DNA from: an uncultured Anaerolineales bacterium
GTDB lineage: Bacteria; Chloroflexota; Anaerolineae; B4-G1
Direction of reading: 5' to 3'
Length of the DNA stretch: 54,247 bases
Assembly (NCBI GenBank): GCA_964421785.1
Contig: CAYQZG010000009.1
Coordinates: 1 to 54,247, forward strand
Within the stretch, counting starts at the first letter, position 1. Each line of letters opens with the position of its first letter. The translations under genes and the position numbers were made by a program. The notes below the pieces were generated by a model. That model saw only the letters and a program-made list of their open reading frames with translations, was not told the origin of the DNA and made no database searches. Of this stretch, positions 33,573 to 42,924 are shown piece by piece.

Positions 33573-36500
33573 TACCTATTCCTTGACGATGATGACATCA
33601 AACGAAGACGACCGACATCCATCATCTGCCCGGAATCCGAAACGCCCAGGGCTGGAGGATCGCGCCCGCAGCCTTGCCAAGGAGCACAGCGCTTCACAGG
33701 ATTTCGGTGCCACGCCGACCCCCCTCGACCGGCTCTCTGGGTTGCAGAATGTGCTTCGCGAAGCCTATCTCGCCTTCTTGCAGAGATCAGAGGAGCGGGG
33801 GACGCTCTCGGGTGTGGCAGAATGGCTGCTGGACAACTACTACGTCGTGCAGCAGGCCATACGTCAGGTCCGAGAGAATATGCCACCTGGCTACTACCGG
33901 CGGCTCCCCAAGCTTGATGAGAGTCCCTTGGAGGGATACGCCAGGGTCTACGCGGTCGCTCGGGAGGTCATCGGCGCCGCCGGAGGACATCTTGACGTTG
34001 GCCATCTAGAGCACTTCGTCAGAGCCTACCAGGACGTGAGACCGCTGACGATGGGCGAAATCTGGGCCCTGCCGACGATGCTGCGACTGAGTATCTTGGA
34101 GCTTCTGGCCTCGACCGTCGCTGGTCGCGTTGATTCTGACGGGGCCCTCAATGAGCCCGGGCCAGCGGCTGGAGGGCCAGTTGGGGGAGCTACTGGCGCT
34201 GATGATGGCTGGGGGCGCTCCACTCAGGCGCTTCCTGGCCCCTCGATGCCCTGGACTGAAGCGGTCATCGAGAAGAAGGCGGACGAGGCCATCGTCGCCG
34301 CTGCCATCAATGGCTTGCGTACTATTGGGGTGCAAGATTGGAACGCCTTCTTCGACGCGGTCAGCCTGGTCGAGGGCGCGCTTCGCCTGGATCCGCTGGG
34401 CGTTTACGCAGACATGGATTTCGAGAGTCGCGACCGATACCGCGGGGTCGTGGAGGAGCTGGCGAGAGCCGTCGATCGAACGGAGCATGAGATAGCCCAA
34501 GAGGCACTTAAGCTGGCCGAGGAGGCGCGACAGAGCGAGGACTCCCGAGCTCGCGCCCGGCACGTCGGCTTCTATCTCGTCGGCGAGGGTCGCGACCACC
34601 TTGAGAACGCTGTAGCGTTTCGGCCTGCCCTCCCGGAGCGGCTACGACGTTGGATCTTTGACCACGCTACGCTGACCTACCTGGGCAGTATTGTCTTCAT
34701 AGCGATCCTCGTCTTGCTTGGTGCGCTCGCCTATGCGCGTGGCGCCGGGGCGGGCGTGAGGGTGTTGGTGGCTACCGGCATACTGACGCTGCTGCCGGCC
34801 TCAATCGTCGGCGTGAATGTCGTAAACACAGTCATCACGCGCACATTGCCACCCCGGAGGCTTCCGCGTCTCGACCTGAGCGACGGTATCCCGGAGAGGT
34901 ATCGCACGATGGTGGTCGTCCCGGCTCTGATGACGGCTGGAGGACCAGCCTCGAAGGACGAGGTGAGCTTCCTGTTGGGGCAACTGGAGCGGCACTACCT
35001 GGGCAACGGGCGAGCGGGCCATGGATCTCATATCGGCTTTGCTCTCTTGACCGACTTCGCGGATGCACCAGAGAAGCACAGGCCGGAAGATGAGGAGCTG
35101 CTGCAGTGCGCCATAGACGGCATCCGCGACCTCAACCGCAGGTATGGCAAGCGGGCTGTGGGCGGATCGACAACGACCGAGGTTTCTACTGCAGCGGGAA
35201 AGTCGTATAAGGATGAGCAGGGACCGTTCTTCCTCTTTCACCGCGAGAGGCTCTGGAACCCGAGCGAGGACTGCTGGATGGGGTGGGAGCGAAAGCGTGG
35301 GAAGCTGGTCGAGTTCAACCGCTTGCTCAGGGGAGATGAGGGGACCTCCTACGTCGTCCAGATGGGGGACCAAGATTTTCTTTCGGACGTCAAGTACGTG
35401 ATCACCCTGGATGCGGATACGGACCTCCCGATGGACAGCGCGCACCGGCTGGTCGGCACGATAGCACATCCGCTGAATCGGGCGATGTTCGCCGCCGACG
35501 GCTGCGGTGAAGGGCAACGGGTGGCGGCCGGCTACACGGTCCTCCAGCCTCGCACCGAGGTCAAGCCCAGGGCGGTCACCCAGACCTGGTTCACCCGCAT
35601 CCTCGCCGGCGACGCGGGCCTGGATCTCTACACCCGCGCCGTATCCGACGTCTATCAGGACCTCTTTGGCGAGGGGATCTACATCGGCAAGGGTATCTAT
35701 GACGTCGAGGCGTTCGAGCGCAGCCTTGAGGGCCGCGTGCCGGAAAACGCTCTGTTGAGCCACGACCTGTTCGAGGGCATCCACGGGCGCGCTGCCCTGG
35801 TGACCGACGTGGTTCTATTCGAGGATTACCCTCCGGGTTATCTGAGCTATGCGCACCGGAAGCACCGCTGGGTGCGCGGCGACTGGCAGCTCCTGCCCTG
35901 GCTCTTTCCCCGTGTTCCGGGGGCCGGCGAGGGCAGCCTTCCCAACAGGCTGTCGACGCTCGATCGCTGGAAGATCTTCGACAACCTGCGTCGCAGCTTG
36001 CGAGCACCGGCTCTTTTCGCCTTGCTCGTGTGTGGTTGGCTCTTCTTGCCTGGCTCGCCCCTGTTGTGGACCCTGGGCGCGCTGCTCGTCTCCGGGATGC
36101 CGCTGATGACCGGGGCTTTGACCGAGGTCGCACGCCGTCTGGAGGGATGGCGGACGGGACGGACCAGATCGACGCTCCTGGGGGCGGTTCGTAAGGAGGT
36201 CGCACGCTGGCTACTGAACCTCACCTTCCTGCCCTACCAGTCGATTCTGATGGGCGATGCCATCGTGACCACGCTAGTGCGCCTGACCATAAGCCGCAAG
36301 CGGCTGCTACAGTGGACGACCACCGCCCACACCGTCCGTCTACTTGGACGTGAGTCGGAAGTGGGCCTGCTCTGGCAGCAGCTGGGTGGTGGACCGGCCT
36401 TGGCGCTGATCGTCACGGCGGCTCTGGCCGTGCTCCGCCCCATCGTCCTGCTCGTGGCGGCGCCGTTTCTCGTAGCATGGCTACTATCTCCTCAGATCGC

Positions 36501-39500
36501 CGGATGGATCAGCCAGCCAGCGGAGAAAGAGCGAGAGAAGCTGTCTGACCGGGAGCAGCGGCGGCTGCGGGACCTGGCGCGCCGCACGTGGCTCTTTTTC
36601 GAGCGCTTCGTCGGCCCAGAGGATCATTGGCTGCCGCCGGATCATTTTCAGGAGGATCCGCGGGGCACAGTGGCGCACCGCACCTCGCCGACGAATATCG
36701 GACTGATGCTCCTTTCGACGCTCTCCGCCCACGATCTGGGCTATACCGGCTTGCTGGAGCTCTCGCTCCGCATCAGCGACGCCTTCGACAGTATGGACGA
36801 GCTGAGGCAGTACCGGGGCCACTTTTTGAACTGGTACGACACCCGAACGCTGGACCCGCTGGCGCCGCGTTATGTTTCGACTGTGGATAGCGGCAATCTG
36901 GCCGCGTGTCTGATTGCACTCAGGCAAGGCCTCAAGCAACTGGAGCGCGAGCGCATTGTCCGTTGGCGGCGTTGGCGAGGGCTCTGCGACACATTGGATG
37001 TGTTGAGGGATGTCGTCGAGGCCGCGAAGCAAGAGGAAGAAGTTGCGGAAGCAGCCACAGATCTCGGGGGACAGATCGATCACATGCATCGGAGGATACT
37101 CTCCGTGAAGAAGCAGCCTGAGCGTTGGGTTCCACTGCTGACAGAGCTGGAGGAGGAGGTTGCGGCGGGCCTCAATCGACGGCTGCAGGCGCTCCTCGAT
37201 GTCGGCTCAGGGATCCTGGATACCAGCACACTGCGCGATTTGCGCCTTTGGTCGGAGAGGGTCCATCTTCACCTGCGCGAGCTAAGCGAGGAGGTGGAAA
37301 GGGTTGTGCCTTGGGTGCTCTTGCTCAAGGAGCCCCCGGCAGTTCTCTTCAGTGAGGAATCTGGGAGGCTAAACCCGGCTATCGCTGAGACATGGCAAGG
37401 GATTGAGGAAAGGCTGTCAATCGATCCACGCCTCAATGAGATAAGCGAGATCTGTCACGAGGTTCGAGAAGCGTTAGGAGAACTAAGGCAGATCCTAAAG
37501 CAAGAGCTTGAGTCGCTGGATGAAGCGGTTCAGGGCGATCTTGCCGGTCAGTTGGAGGATGCACTCGACTGGTCTGAGGAGCTGGAGGAGGCTCTGGACT
37601 CGGCTCGGCTGACGGCAAGTGGCATGATGATTGGCCTTGACGATCTGATGGATCGGGCTGAGGCTTACGTTGAGGATATGGACTTTGGCTTCCTGTACGA
37701 CGGGCGACGGGACGTGTTCTACATTGGCTACCAGGTGGATAGCGAACGGCTGGATCGTAACCACTACGACCTCCTTGCTTCGGAGGCGCGTATTGCGAGC
37801 ATCGTGGCGATCAGCAAGGGAGACGTCCCTCAGCGGCACTGGGTGCACCTGAGTCGTCCTCTGACCACGGTCGACGGGCTGCGCGGGCTGCTTTCGTGGG
37901 GCGGATCTATGTTCGAGTACCTGATGCCGGATCTGGTGATGCGCAACTACGAGGAGACGCTGCTCGATCAGGCGAACCTGGCAGCGGTGCAGCGCCAGAT
38001 TGCTTACGCAGGCAAGAAAGGTGTGCCGTGGGGGATCTCCGAGTCCGGGTACCATCGCTTTGATGCACAGCTGAACTACCAGTATCGAGGATTCGGCGTG
38101 CCTGGTCTGGGGCGCAAGCGGGGGCTGGGCGAGGACCTGGTGATTGCGCCTTACGCCTCGTTGTTGGCAGTGGGAATGATGCCAGAGAGCGTGTTGCAGA
38201 ACATCGACCGGCTCATCGAAGAGGGGATGCTGGGCCATTATGGTTTCTATGAGGCGTTAGACTACACAACGTCGCGCTTGCCAATGGGACAGACACGGGC
38301 TATCGTGCGTTCCTATATGGCCCACCATCAAGGGATGATCATGACGGCTTTATCCAACTATCTCAGCAGCCAGACTCAAACCGGGGACGGGATCGTGGAT
38401 CGGTTCCACGATGACCCTCGGATCCAGAGTGTGGAGTTATTGCTACAGGAGCAGGTACCTCACCAGGCTCCACTTGAGGAGATGACGGAAGAGACCGTGA
38501 GCGTCGAACGGCCTGAGCGTGAACGAGTGGAGCTTGAGCCTTGGTCAGTGTCGACAGAGGCGCCGCTGCCTCAGGTTCAGTTTCTTTCCAATGGGCGCTA
38601 CGGCTCGTTGGTCACAGATGCCGGTGCTGGCTACAGCGCCTACTATCCGGGACGGTCAGGCGGCGGGGAGGCAGTGGCCTTGACCCGCTGGCGAGCGGAT
38701 ACTACATGCGACTGCTGGGGGACGTGGATCTACGTGCAGGATCTGGGCAGCGGATGCCGCTTCGCTTACTTTTCTTATGGCGGTCGCTCCGGTCGCCAGG
38801 GCGAACAAAGCACCCACGTCGACGGGCGAGATCGCGTGCGTGGGCCCATGCATGGGCGCATGGAGTATGGAGCGCCGTCGTCTCGACGGCCTTCCGTGCG
38901 TGGGCGCGTGCATGGGCCCATGCGTACTCCATCCCTCTGGTCCGTGACTGAGCAGCCGATCGACGTTCGCCCGGACCAGCAGCAGGTGCGATTCTATCCG
39001 CACCAGGTTGAGTTCCGCCGGCGACACGGCGATATCTCTCTGCACACGGAGATCACTGTGGCGCCGAAGGACGACGTTGAGATCCGGCGCGTCACGCTGA
39101 CCAATCATGGCGACGAGCCCCGGCGGCTTCGGGTCAGTAGCTACGGTGAGGTGGTGCTCACAACTCAGGATCAGGATCGGCGCCACCCAGCGTTCAACAA
39201 GATGTTCATCGAGAGCGAGTACATCCCAGAGGTCAACGCCCTTCTGTTCGCACGGCGCGCTCGCTTAGCGAGTGGATCGCGTCGAGCTAGCGAGTCGCTG
39301 CATATGGCCCACGTGCTCGTCACGCCGCCCGATCTAGAGGCTACGCGGGCCTATGAGAGCGATCGCGCTCGCTTCATAGGTCGCGGGTGCACGATGCGCG
39401 CTCCGTCGGTTTTTCGACGGACCGGCGACACCGCCGGCTGGCTGTCGGGCACGACTGGAGCTACCCTGGATCCGATCATGGCACTCGGACAGGCGTTCGA

Positions 39501-42500
39501 GATAGAGCCCCACAAGACAGCCCAGCTCGCTTATCTGACTCTGGTCACGGAGTCGAGGGAGGACGCCATTGCCCTGGCGCAGCAATACGATTCATGGCCT
39601 CGGGTCAACGGGGCTTTCGACCAGGCTCACGCTCAGAGTGAGGTGGAGCTGCGAAATCTGGATCTAGAGGTCTCGGATGTGAAAGACATCATGCAGCTTC
39701 TTTCGGTGCTGCTCTACCCTCATCGCTCGCTGAGGAGCGAAGCACAGACACTGGCAGCGAACCGTTTAGGCCAGTCTGGTCTGTGGCGTCACGGCATCTC
39801 AGGTGACTATCCGATTCTTCTGGTGCGTATCGCTGATGCGGAGGAGGTGCCACTGGTGCGAGAGCTGTTGAGGGCTCACGCCTACTGGCGCAATCGCCAG
39901 CTCAAGATAGACCTGGTGATCCTCAACGAGAGAGACGCTGGCTACGCTCAGGAGTTGAACGACCGGCTCAACCAGGTGATCACCCAGATGGACAGCGATG
40001 TCTGGCTCAACCAACGGGGTGGTATCTTCATACTTCAGAGTGATCGGATGGAAGAGGCCGTCAGGGTGCTCCTGCAGACAGCTGCGCGAGCCGTTCTCGA
40101 TGCTGACGAGGGTTCGCTGCACGACCAGCTGGAGGGTATGCTGCGGCGGCCTGGTTACCTGCCCTCTTTCCAGCCGACCGGAGTGCCGGACGAGATGGAG
40201 CCGACGCCGCCCGTGGCACGGCCGGATGACCTGCTGTTCGATAACGGCTTGGGAGGCTTCAGTCCCGACGGGCGGGAGTACGTCGTCTATCTCGACTCCG
40301 CGGAGCGCCGTCGTCCCGACGGCAGGGCCCAGAGGACCGGGGAGTGGACGCCGGCCCCGTGGATCAACGTGATCGCAAATCCACGCTTTGGCTTCCTGGT
40401 CTCCGACACGGGCCTGGGCTACAGTTGGGCTGGCAACAGCGGCGAGAACCGCCTGACCCCCTGGCGGAACGATCCCGTGTCGGACGCCCCGTCCGAGACG
40501 CTGTACCTCCGCGATGAGGAGACGGCCGAGGTCTGGTCGCCGACGCCGCTTCCCGCAGGAGAGGATGCGCCGTACCTGGTCCGACATGGCGCCGGGTATT
40601 CGGTCTTCGAGCATAACAGCCACGGCCTCAGGCAGCGGCTACGCGTGTTCGCTGCACCGGACGCGCCGGTGAAGGTGGTGCGACTTCACCTGGAGAATAC
40701 GTGGGATCGAGTGCGGCGCTTGACGGCCACCTTCTTCGCCGAGTGGGTGCTGGGCATCAATCGCGACCAGTCCCAGCAGTACATCGTGTCGGAATACGAT
40801 CCCGAGACCTCGGCCCTGCTGGCCAGGAATGCGTACAGCCCAGAGTTTGGTGAGGAAGTAGCCTTCGTCGCCACCAGCCAAGAGCCCCACGGCCTGACGG
40901 CCGACCGGACCGAGTTCCTCGGGCGTAGGGGAGACATGCGTCGCCCGGCGGCTCTCGACCGTGTGGGGCTGGCCAGCCGGGTGGAGCCCGGGCTCGATCC
41001 GTGCGCAGCGATGCAGCTGCACGTGGAGCTCGAGCCTGGCGAGAAGAAGGAGGTCTTCTTCTTGCTGGGGCAGGGGGAGGATCGCGACGACGCGCTGGAA
41101 CTGATTCGACAGTATCGCGATGATGAAGAGGCCTCCGCGGCGTGGGAGGAAGCCCGGGCTCGCTGGGACGATTTGTTGGATACCGTGAGTGTCGATACCC
41201 CCGATCCGGCGATGGATCTGCTGCTGAACCGCTGGCTGCTCTACCAGGCGCTCTCTTGCCGCGTCTGGGGTCGGTCGGCGCTGTACCAGTCGAGCGGCGC
41301 GTTTGGGTTCCGCGACCAGCTGCAGGATGTGATGTCGCTGCTGCACGCGGCCCCGGAGCTCGCCCGGAAGCATATTCTCCGCGCGGCTCGCCACCAGTTT
41401 GAGGAAGGGGACGTCCTCCACTGGTGGCATCCCCCCTCGGGCCGTGGCGTCCGGACCCGTATCAGCGACGACTTGCTGTGGCTGCCCTACGTCACAGCCG
41501 AATACGTGGAGACGACGGGCGACGAAGGGATATTGGATGAGGACGTGCCGTTTCGCAAGGGAGAGCCCCTGGATGCAGATGAAGGGGAACGGTACGGACA
41601 CTACGACCTCTCCGAGGAGAGGGCCACTCTCTACGAGCACTGCCTCCGCGCTTTGGAGAGGGGCTCGACATCGGGACAGCACGGCCTGCCGCTCATCGGC
41701 GCTGGGGATTGGAACGACGGCCTGAACCGCGTGGGAGCTGATGGCGAGGGGGAGAGCGTCTGGCTCGGCTGGTTTCTCTATGCCAACCTATCCCGCTTCG
41801 CGCAGCTTTGCGAGCGGAGGGGCGATGCCGATCGGGCCGAGGCTCTCCGCCAGCAGGCCCTTGAGCTACAGGATGCTCTGGAGAGAAGCGCCTGGGACGG
41901 CGAATGGTACATCCGTGCCACCTACGACGACGGAACACCCCTCGGTTCCTCACAGAACAAAGAGTGCGCGATCGCCTCAATGGCCCAATCGTGGGCCGTG
42001 CTCTCCGGGGCGGGGGACGAGAAGCGTGTCGAACAGGCGATGGCTTCCGTCGCTGACCGGCTGGTGCGAGAGGATGACCGGCTTCCGGTGGGCTTGGTGC
42101 TCCTCTTCACGCCGCCGTTCGATGAGACGCCCCGCGACCCAGGGTACATCAAGGGCTATCCCCCAGGCATCCGCGAGAACGGAGGCCAATACACCCACGC
42201 TGCGCTTTGGGCCGTATGGGCCTACACTGAGCTGGGACAGGGCGATCGTGCAGGGGAGCTCTTTCGGCTGCTCAATCCCATCCATCACAGTGACACGCAT
42301 GAGAAGGCACAGCGCTACCAGGTGGAGCCTTATGTCGTTGCGGCCGATGTCTATGCCCTGCCGTCGGGACGACGGCGCTCCAGCGCAGATAGGCACCTGG
42401 GCCGGGGAGGGTGGACCTGGTACACCGGCTCGTCCGGCTGGATGTACCGCCTTGGAATCGAAGCGATCCTGGGGCTCTTCAGGGAGGGGGATACGTTGCG

Positions 42501-42708
42501 GCTCGATCCGTGCGTTCCGAAGGACTGGTCGAGTTATCGAGTGAGCTACCGGTACGGCCAGGCGGTGTATGAGATTGAGGTTGAGAATCCCGAGGGCGTC
42601 AATCAGGGCGTTAAGAGGCTTACCCTGGATGGAGACGACGTATCCGCCAACCGTTTTCCTCTGCTTGATGACGGTGATCAGCACGAGGTGCGCGTGACGC
42701 TGGGTTGA
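33547..42708 (+). CDS. cyclic beta-1,2-glucan synthase-like giant protein (NdvB/ChvB/Cgs architecture: membrane GT domain + GH94 phosphorylase-like domain)
   Basis: 3053-aa ORF with TM segments. The GT-type DxD context is ITLDADTDLPMD and the GH94-type catalytic context is IGAGDWNDGLN. The exact start is uncertain (TTG 33547 overlapping the usp end, or ATG 33559/33589). Confidence 0.85.
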   Translation: MPRSMQGTDTYSLTMMTSNEDDRHPSSARNPKRPGLEDRARSLAKEHSASQDFGATPTPLDRLSGLQNVLREAYLAFLQRSEERGTLSGVAEWLLDNYYVVQQAIRQVRENMPPGYYRRLPKLDESPLEGYARVYAVAREVIGAAGGHLDVGHLEHFVRAYQDVRPLTMGEIWALPTMLRLSILELLASTVAGRVDSDGALNEPGPAAGGPVGGATGADDGWGRSTQALPGPSMPWTEAVIEKKADEAIVAAAINGLRTIGVQDWNAFFDAVSLVEGALRLDPLGVYADMDFESRDRYRGVVEELARAVDRTEHEIAQEALKLAEEARQSEDSRARARHVGFYLVGEGRDHLENAVAFRPALPERLRRWIFDHATLTYLGSIVFIAILVLLGALAYARGAGAGVRVLVATGILTLLPASIVGVNVVNTVITRTLPPRRLPRLDLSDGIPERYRTMVVVPALMTAGGPASKDEVSFLLGQLERHYLGNGRAGHGSHIGFALLTDFADAPEKHRPEDEELLQCAIDGIRDLNRRYGKRAVGGSTTTEVSTAAGKSYKDEQGPFFLFHRERLWNPSEDCWMGWERKRGKLVEFNRLLRGDEGTSYVVQMGDQDFLSDVKYVITLDADTDLPMDSAHRLVGTIAHPLNRAMFAADGCGEGQRVAAGYTVLQPRTEVKPRAVTQTWFTRILAGDAGLDLYTRAVSDVYQDLFGEGIYIGKGIYDVEAFERSLEGRVPENALLSHDLFEGIHGRAALVTDVVLFEDYPPGYLSYAHRKHRWVRGDWQLLPWLFPRVPGAGEGSLPNRLSTLDRWKIFDNLRRSLRAPALFALLVCGWLFLPGSPLLWTLGALLVSGMPLMTGALTEVARRLEGWRTGRTRSTLLGAVRKEVARWLLNLTFLPYQSILMGDAIVTTLVRLTISRKRLLQWTTTAHTVRLLGRESEVGLLWQQLGGGPALALIVTAALAVLRPIVLLVAAPFLVAWLLSPQIAGWISQPAEKEREKLSDREQRRLRDLARRTWLFFERFVGPEDHWLPPDHFQEDPRGTVAHRTSPTNIGLMLLSTLSAHDLGYTGLLELSLRISDAFDSMDELRQYRGHFLNWYDTRTLDPLAPRYVSTVDSGNLAACLIALRQGLKQLERERIVRWRRWRGLCDTLDVLRDVVEAAKQEEEVAEAATDLGGQIDHMHRRILSVKKQPERWVPLLTELEEEVAAGLNRRLQALLDVGSGILDTSTLRDLRLWSERVHLHLRELSEEVERVVPWVLLLKEPPAVLFSEESGRLNPAIAETWQGIEERLSIDPRLNEISEICHEVREALGELRQILKQELESLDEAVQGDLAGQLEDALDWSEELEEALDSARLTASGMMIGLDDLMDRAEAYVEDMDFGFLYDGRRDVFYIGYQVDSERLDRNHYDLLASEARIASIVAISKGDVPQRHWVHLSRPLTTVDGLRGLLSWGGSMFEYLMPDLVMRNYEETLLDQANLAAVQRQIAYAGKKGVPWGISESGYHRFDAQLNYQYRGFGVPGLGRKRGLGEDLVIAPYASLLAVGMMPESVLQNIDRLIEEGMLGHYGFYEALDYTTSRLPMGQTRAIVRSYMAHHQGMIMTALSNYLSSQTQTGDGIVDRFHDDPRIQSVELLLQEQVPHQAPLEEMTEETVSVERPERERVELEPWSVSTEAPLPQVQFLSNGRYGSLVTDAGAGYSAYYPGRSGGGEAVALTRWRADTTCDCWGTWIYVQDLGSGCRFAYFSYGGRSGRQGEQSTHVDGRDRVRGPMHGRMEYGAPSSRRPSVRGRVHGPMRTPSLWSVTEQPIDVRPDQQQVRFYPHQVEFRRRHGDISLHTEITVAPKDDVEIRRVTLTNHGDEPRRLRVSSYGEVVLTTQDQDRRHPAFNKMFIESEYIPEVNALLFARRARLASGSRRASESLHMAHVLVTPPDLEATRAYESDRARFIGRGCTMRAPSVFRRTGDTAGWLSGTTGATLDPIMALGQAFEIEPHKTAQLAYLTLVTESREDAIALAQQYDSWPRVNGAFDQAHAQSEVELRNLDLEVSDVKDIMQLLSVLLYPHRSLRSEAQTLAANRLGQSGLWRHGISGDYPILLVRIADAEEVPLVRELLRAHAYWRNRQLKIDLVILNERDAGYAQELNDRLNQVITQMDSDVWLNQRGGIFILQSDRMEEAVRVLLQTAARAVLDADEGSLHDQLEGMLRRPGYLPSFQPTGVPDEMEPTPPVARPDDLLFDNGLGGFSPDGREYVVYLDSAERRRPDGRAQRTGEWTPAPWINVIANPRFGFLVSDTGLGYSWAGNSGENRLTPWRNDPVSDAPSETLYLRDEETAEVWSPTPLPAGEDAPYLVRHGAGYSVFEHNSHGLRQRLRVFAAPDAPVKVVRLHLENTWDRVRRLTATFFAEWVLGINRDQSQQYIVSEYDPETSALLARNAYSPEFGEEVAFVATSQEPHGLTADRTEFLGRRGDMRRPAALDRVGLASRVEPGLDPCAAMQLHVELEPGEKKEVFFLLGQGEDRDDALELIRQYRDDEEASAAWEEARARWDDLLDTVSVDTPDPAMDLLLNRWLLYQALSCRVWGRSALYQSSGAFGFRDQLQDVMSLLHAAPELARKHILRAARHQFEEGDVLHWWHPPSGRGVRTRISDDLLWLPYVTAEYVETTGDEGILDEDVPFRKGEPLDADEGERYGHYDLSEERATLYEHCLRALERGSTSGQHGLPLIGAGDWNDGLNRVGADGEGESVWLGWFLYANLSRFAQLCERRGDADRAEALRQQALELQDALERSAWDGEWYIRATYDDGTPLGSSQNKECAIASMAQSWAVLSGAGDEKRVEQAMASVADRLVREDDRLPVGLVLLFTPPFDETPRDPGYIKGYPPGIRENGGQYTHAALWAVWAYTELGQGDRAGELFRLLNPIHHSDTHEKAQRYQVEPYVVAADVYALPSGRRRSSADRHLGRGGWTWYTGSSGWMYRLGIEAILGLFREGDTLRLDPCVPKDWSSYRVSYRYGQAVYEIEVENPEGVNQGVKRLTLDGDDVSANRFPLLDDGDQHEVRVTLG
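38755..38934. repeat. ~180-bp palindrome-rich insertion, in frame within the glucan synthase gene
   Basis: It contains the direct/quasi-palindromic units GTGCGTGGGCCCATGCATGGGCGCATG and GTGCGTGGGCGCGTGCATGGGCCCATG, flanking a family-d hairpin GGAGCGCCGTCGTCTCGACGGC (38869-38890). It encodes an Arg/Gly/Ser-rich 60-aa segment between DLGSG and LWSV. Boundaries are approximate. Confidence 0.65.
40302..40327. repeat. REP-like palindrome, family d, inside the glucan synthase coding sequence
   Basis: GGAGCGCCGTCGTCCCGACGGCAGGG is identical over 26 nt to 45544-45569. It is translated as ERRRPDGR. Confidence 0.8.
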
Positions 42709-42924
42709 ATCTCTGGAGCGAGATGAGGCGTTGTAGACGTCCAACCCAGCTCCAACCTCATGTAACTCAACCCAGAGTCGATTCCAATCAAGGCCGTAGG
42801 TAGGGATTCTGCTCTGAATGGTATGCTTATGTTGGAGCGACTGTGCGGCGGGATGCTGGATTCGTCATAACCGATTGGTTGATGAGATATTAGCCAAACC
42901 CGTGAAGGCGAGGAGGGCTGAGCT

